From the NCBI GenBank assembly GCA_041677685.1, contig JBAYPN010000011.1, positions 1 to 24,623 on the forward strand: a DNA stretch of 24,623 nt, given 5' to 3'. The DNA comes from an archaeon (GTDB lineage Archaea; Iainarchaeota; Iainarchaeia; Iainarchaeales; CSSED10-239). The translations under genes were made by a program, and so were the position numbers. Positions 23,401 through 24,623 of this stretch are shown here, piece after piece (the first letter of the stretch is position 1; each line of letters starts with the position of its first letter). The notes beneath the pieces are model-generated. The model was not told the DNA's origin and ran no database searches. It saw only the letters and a list, made by a program, of their open reading frames with translations.

Positions 23401-23830
23401 TTTTCAACTTTTTATTTTTTTCAATCAACTGTTTTTTTTTAATATTCTCTAATAGCATTTTTTTAATATCTTCTGCATCTGCTACTGAAAATTTAAAAGA
23501 CTCATATCTTGGGTCTGTAGTTTTGAATTTATTTGTTTTATGTTTTTTATAGTGTTCTCTATATGTTTCTAAGAGTGTTGAATAATATAAGGAGTCTTTT
23601 ACAAGATAAGATTTGTTTTCAATTTTGATACGCCCTGTAATTGGGTCTCTTATAGGTCCCCCTAATATCATCTCAATTTTTTTTTCAACAATTTCAAATT
23701 GTCTTTTTGCTCTTTCTTTATTTCTTTTCTCTTGCACTTTCTGTTTTTCTATAACAGGCAAGTTATTTATTTTTTCAAGTTTTTTTCTACAAGGTTTTGA
23801 ACTTTTTTTAAATGGATTTTTTAGTTTCAT
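23393..23830 (-). CDS. Basic helical protein of unknown function, tandem paralog B
   Basis: 145 aa and Lys/Arg-rich. It shares RAKRQFEIVEKKIEMIL, YLVKDSLYYSTLLETYREHY and IKKMLLENIKKKQ blocks with the upstream paralog. The two genes have an ATGA start/stop overlap. Confidence 0.6.
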   Translation of the reverse strand: MKLKNPFKKSSKPCRKKLEKINNLPVIEKQKVQEKRNKERAKRQFEIVEKKIEMILGGPIRDPITGRIKIENKSYLVKDSLYYSTLLETYREHYKKHKTNKFKTTDPRYESFKFSVADAEDIKKMLLENIKKKQLIEKNKKLKTK

Positions 23831-24240
23831 ATTTTTTCATATTTTTGTTTCTTTTTTAAATTTTCTATTAATATTACTTTTATCTTTTCTACGTCTGCTT
23901 TTGTTAATTGATTTGCCAGTTTTTTATTTATTTTAAGATAGCTTCTATATGCCTCTAAAAGTGCAGGGTAATATAATGCATCTGCAACCCTATAAGTTCC
24001 AATTTTTGTTTTTACAATATTTGAAACTCTTTCTCTTAAATTTGTGTTTAATATTGTATCTAGTTTTTCTTCAACAATTTTAAGTTGCCTTTTTGTTCTG
24101 GCGTTATCCCTTTTAAGAGTAGTTCTTTCTTTTTTTAAAATTGATAGTTCTTTTACTTGTTTAAGTTTTCCAGTTACTGGGTTTCTAGAAATTAATGATT
24201 TCTTTTTATTTAATGTTTTTTTAAAGTTTCCTGGCTTCAT
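23827..24240 (-). CDS. Basic helical protein of unknown function, tandem paralog A
   Basis: 137 aa with RTKRQLKIVEEKLDTIL, YRVADALYYPALLEAYRSYL and IKVILIENLKKKQ, colinear with paralog B. Confidence 0.6.
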   Translation of the reverse strand: MKPGNFKKTLNKKKSLISRNPVTGKLKQVKELSILKKERTTLKRDNARTKRQLKIVEEKLDTILNTNLRERVSNIVKTKIGTYRVADALYYPALLEAYRSYLKINKKLANQLTKADVEKIKVILIENLKKKQKYEKI

Positions 24241-24387
24241 ATCTTCTCTTTTTTTTATTTTTTAGATAATTAACATATATTTATTATATCCCAATTCATT
24301 TTTAATATTATCTTTACTTCACAAATCTATTTCTGTAAATAACCTAGCCACTAATAATTTATAAGACTTTCTTTACACAATATATAT

Positions 24388-24623
24388 ATGTATTACATCT
24401 CTTGGAATGAATTTGAATCTTTAGCTTTAGATCTTGCAAAAAATATAGATCTGTCTAATAAAAAATACGATTTAATTGTTACTGTTGGAAGAGGTGGGTT
24501 ATTACTTGGAAGAATTTTAGCTTCACTTTTAAAGTTACCTTTAGGTGTTATCTTTGCAAAGACAATAAATAAAAAATATGAGATTTCAGAAGATATTTCT
24601 TGCCTTTTCGAAATTAAAGGAAA
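24388..24623 (+). CDS. Phosphoribosyltransferase-family protein, N-terminal part (3' end cut by the window edge)
   Basis: My translation is MYYISWNEFESLALDLAKNIDLSNKKYDLIVTVGRGGLLLGRILASLLKLPLGVIF.... The pattern I(S/T)W.EF..L...LA..I then D.IV.(I/V).RGG matches small type I PRTases. The frame is open to the end of the window and is absent from the ORF track. Confidence 0.6.
   Translation, partial: MYYISWNEFESLALDLAKNIDLSNKKYDLIVTVGRGGLLLGRILASLLKLPLGVIFAKTINKKYEISEDISCLFEIKG

Overview
The window is strongly AT-rich, tightly packed archaeal DNA using the standard genetic code, with Shine-Dalgarno-like GGAGG/AGGTG motifs before many starts. The gene set and compaction fit a small-genome, DPANN-like archaeon. 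All family calls come from motif recognition by eye; no searches were run.

Recognisable housekeeping genes:
- AAA ATPase tail, S2P/M50 protease, TatD, HemK-like methyltransferase and DRG GTPase.
- tRNA-splicing endonuclease, a DUF357-like protein and diphthine synthase.
- Orc1/Cdc6, PCNA, Rad50 (CxxC zinc hook), PriS and a GINS51-like protein.
- aIF2-alpha, a PAC2-type chaperone, a HerA-like ATPase and a PRTase start.

Three separate type IV pilus-like gene sets lie among these:
- (i) A split FlaJ/TadBC-type platform followed by three paralogous pilins with an 'ISPLIATILL' signal and four conserved cysteines.
- (ii) A four-gene operon of pilin-like proteins, translationally coupled to dph5.
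- (iii) A small Gln+1/Glu+5 pilin, a pilin-like protein and an HExxH membrane protein.

Structure not explained by the genes:
- A 47-bp inverted repeat (30 bp perfect, containing a G6 run) brackets the 3.8-kb orc1/cdc6-pcna-pilin segment, and a degenerate third copy sits upstream of cdc6. It could be ORB-like origin elements or a TIR/invertible module.
- A decayed C-terminal fragment of a wHTH regulator lies upstream of cdc6.
- An A-rich repeat tract lies between cdc6 and pcna.
- The 416-bp rad50-priS spacer is full of TGACA palindromes.
- A pilin-like ORF has its processing site upstream of any canonical start codon.
- A minimal kinase-like gene sits just before herA.
- Two tandem paralogous basic proteins follow herA.

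I recognised no rRNA, tRNA, CRISPR array or transposase.
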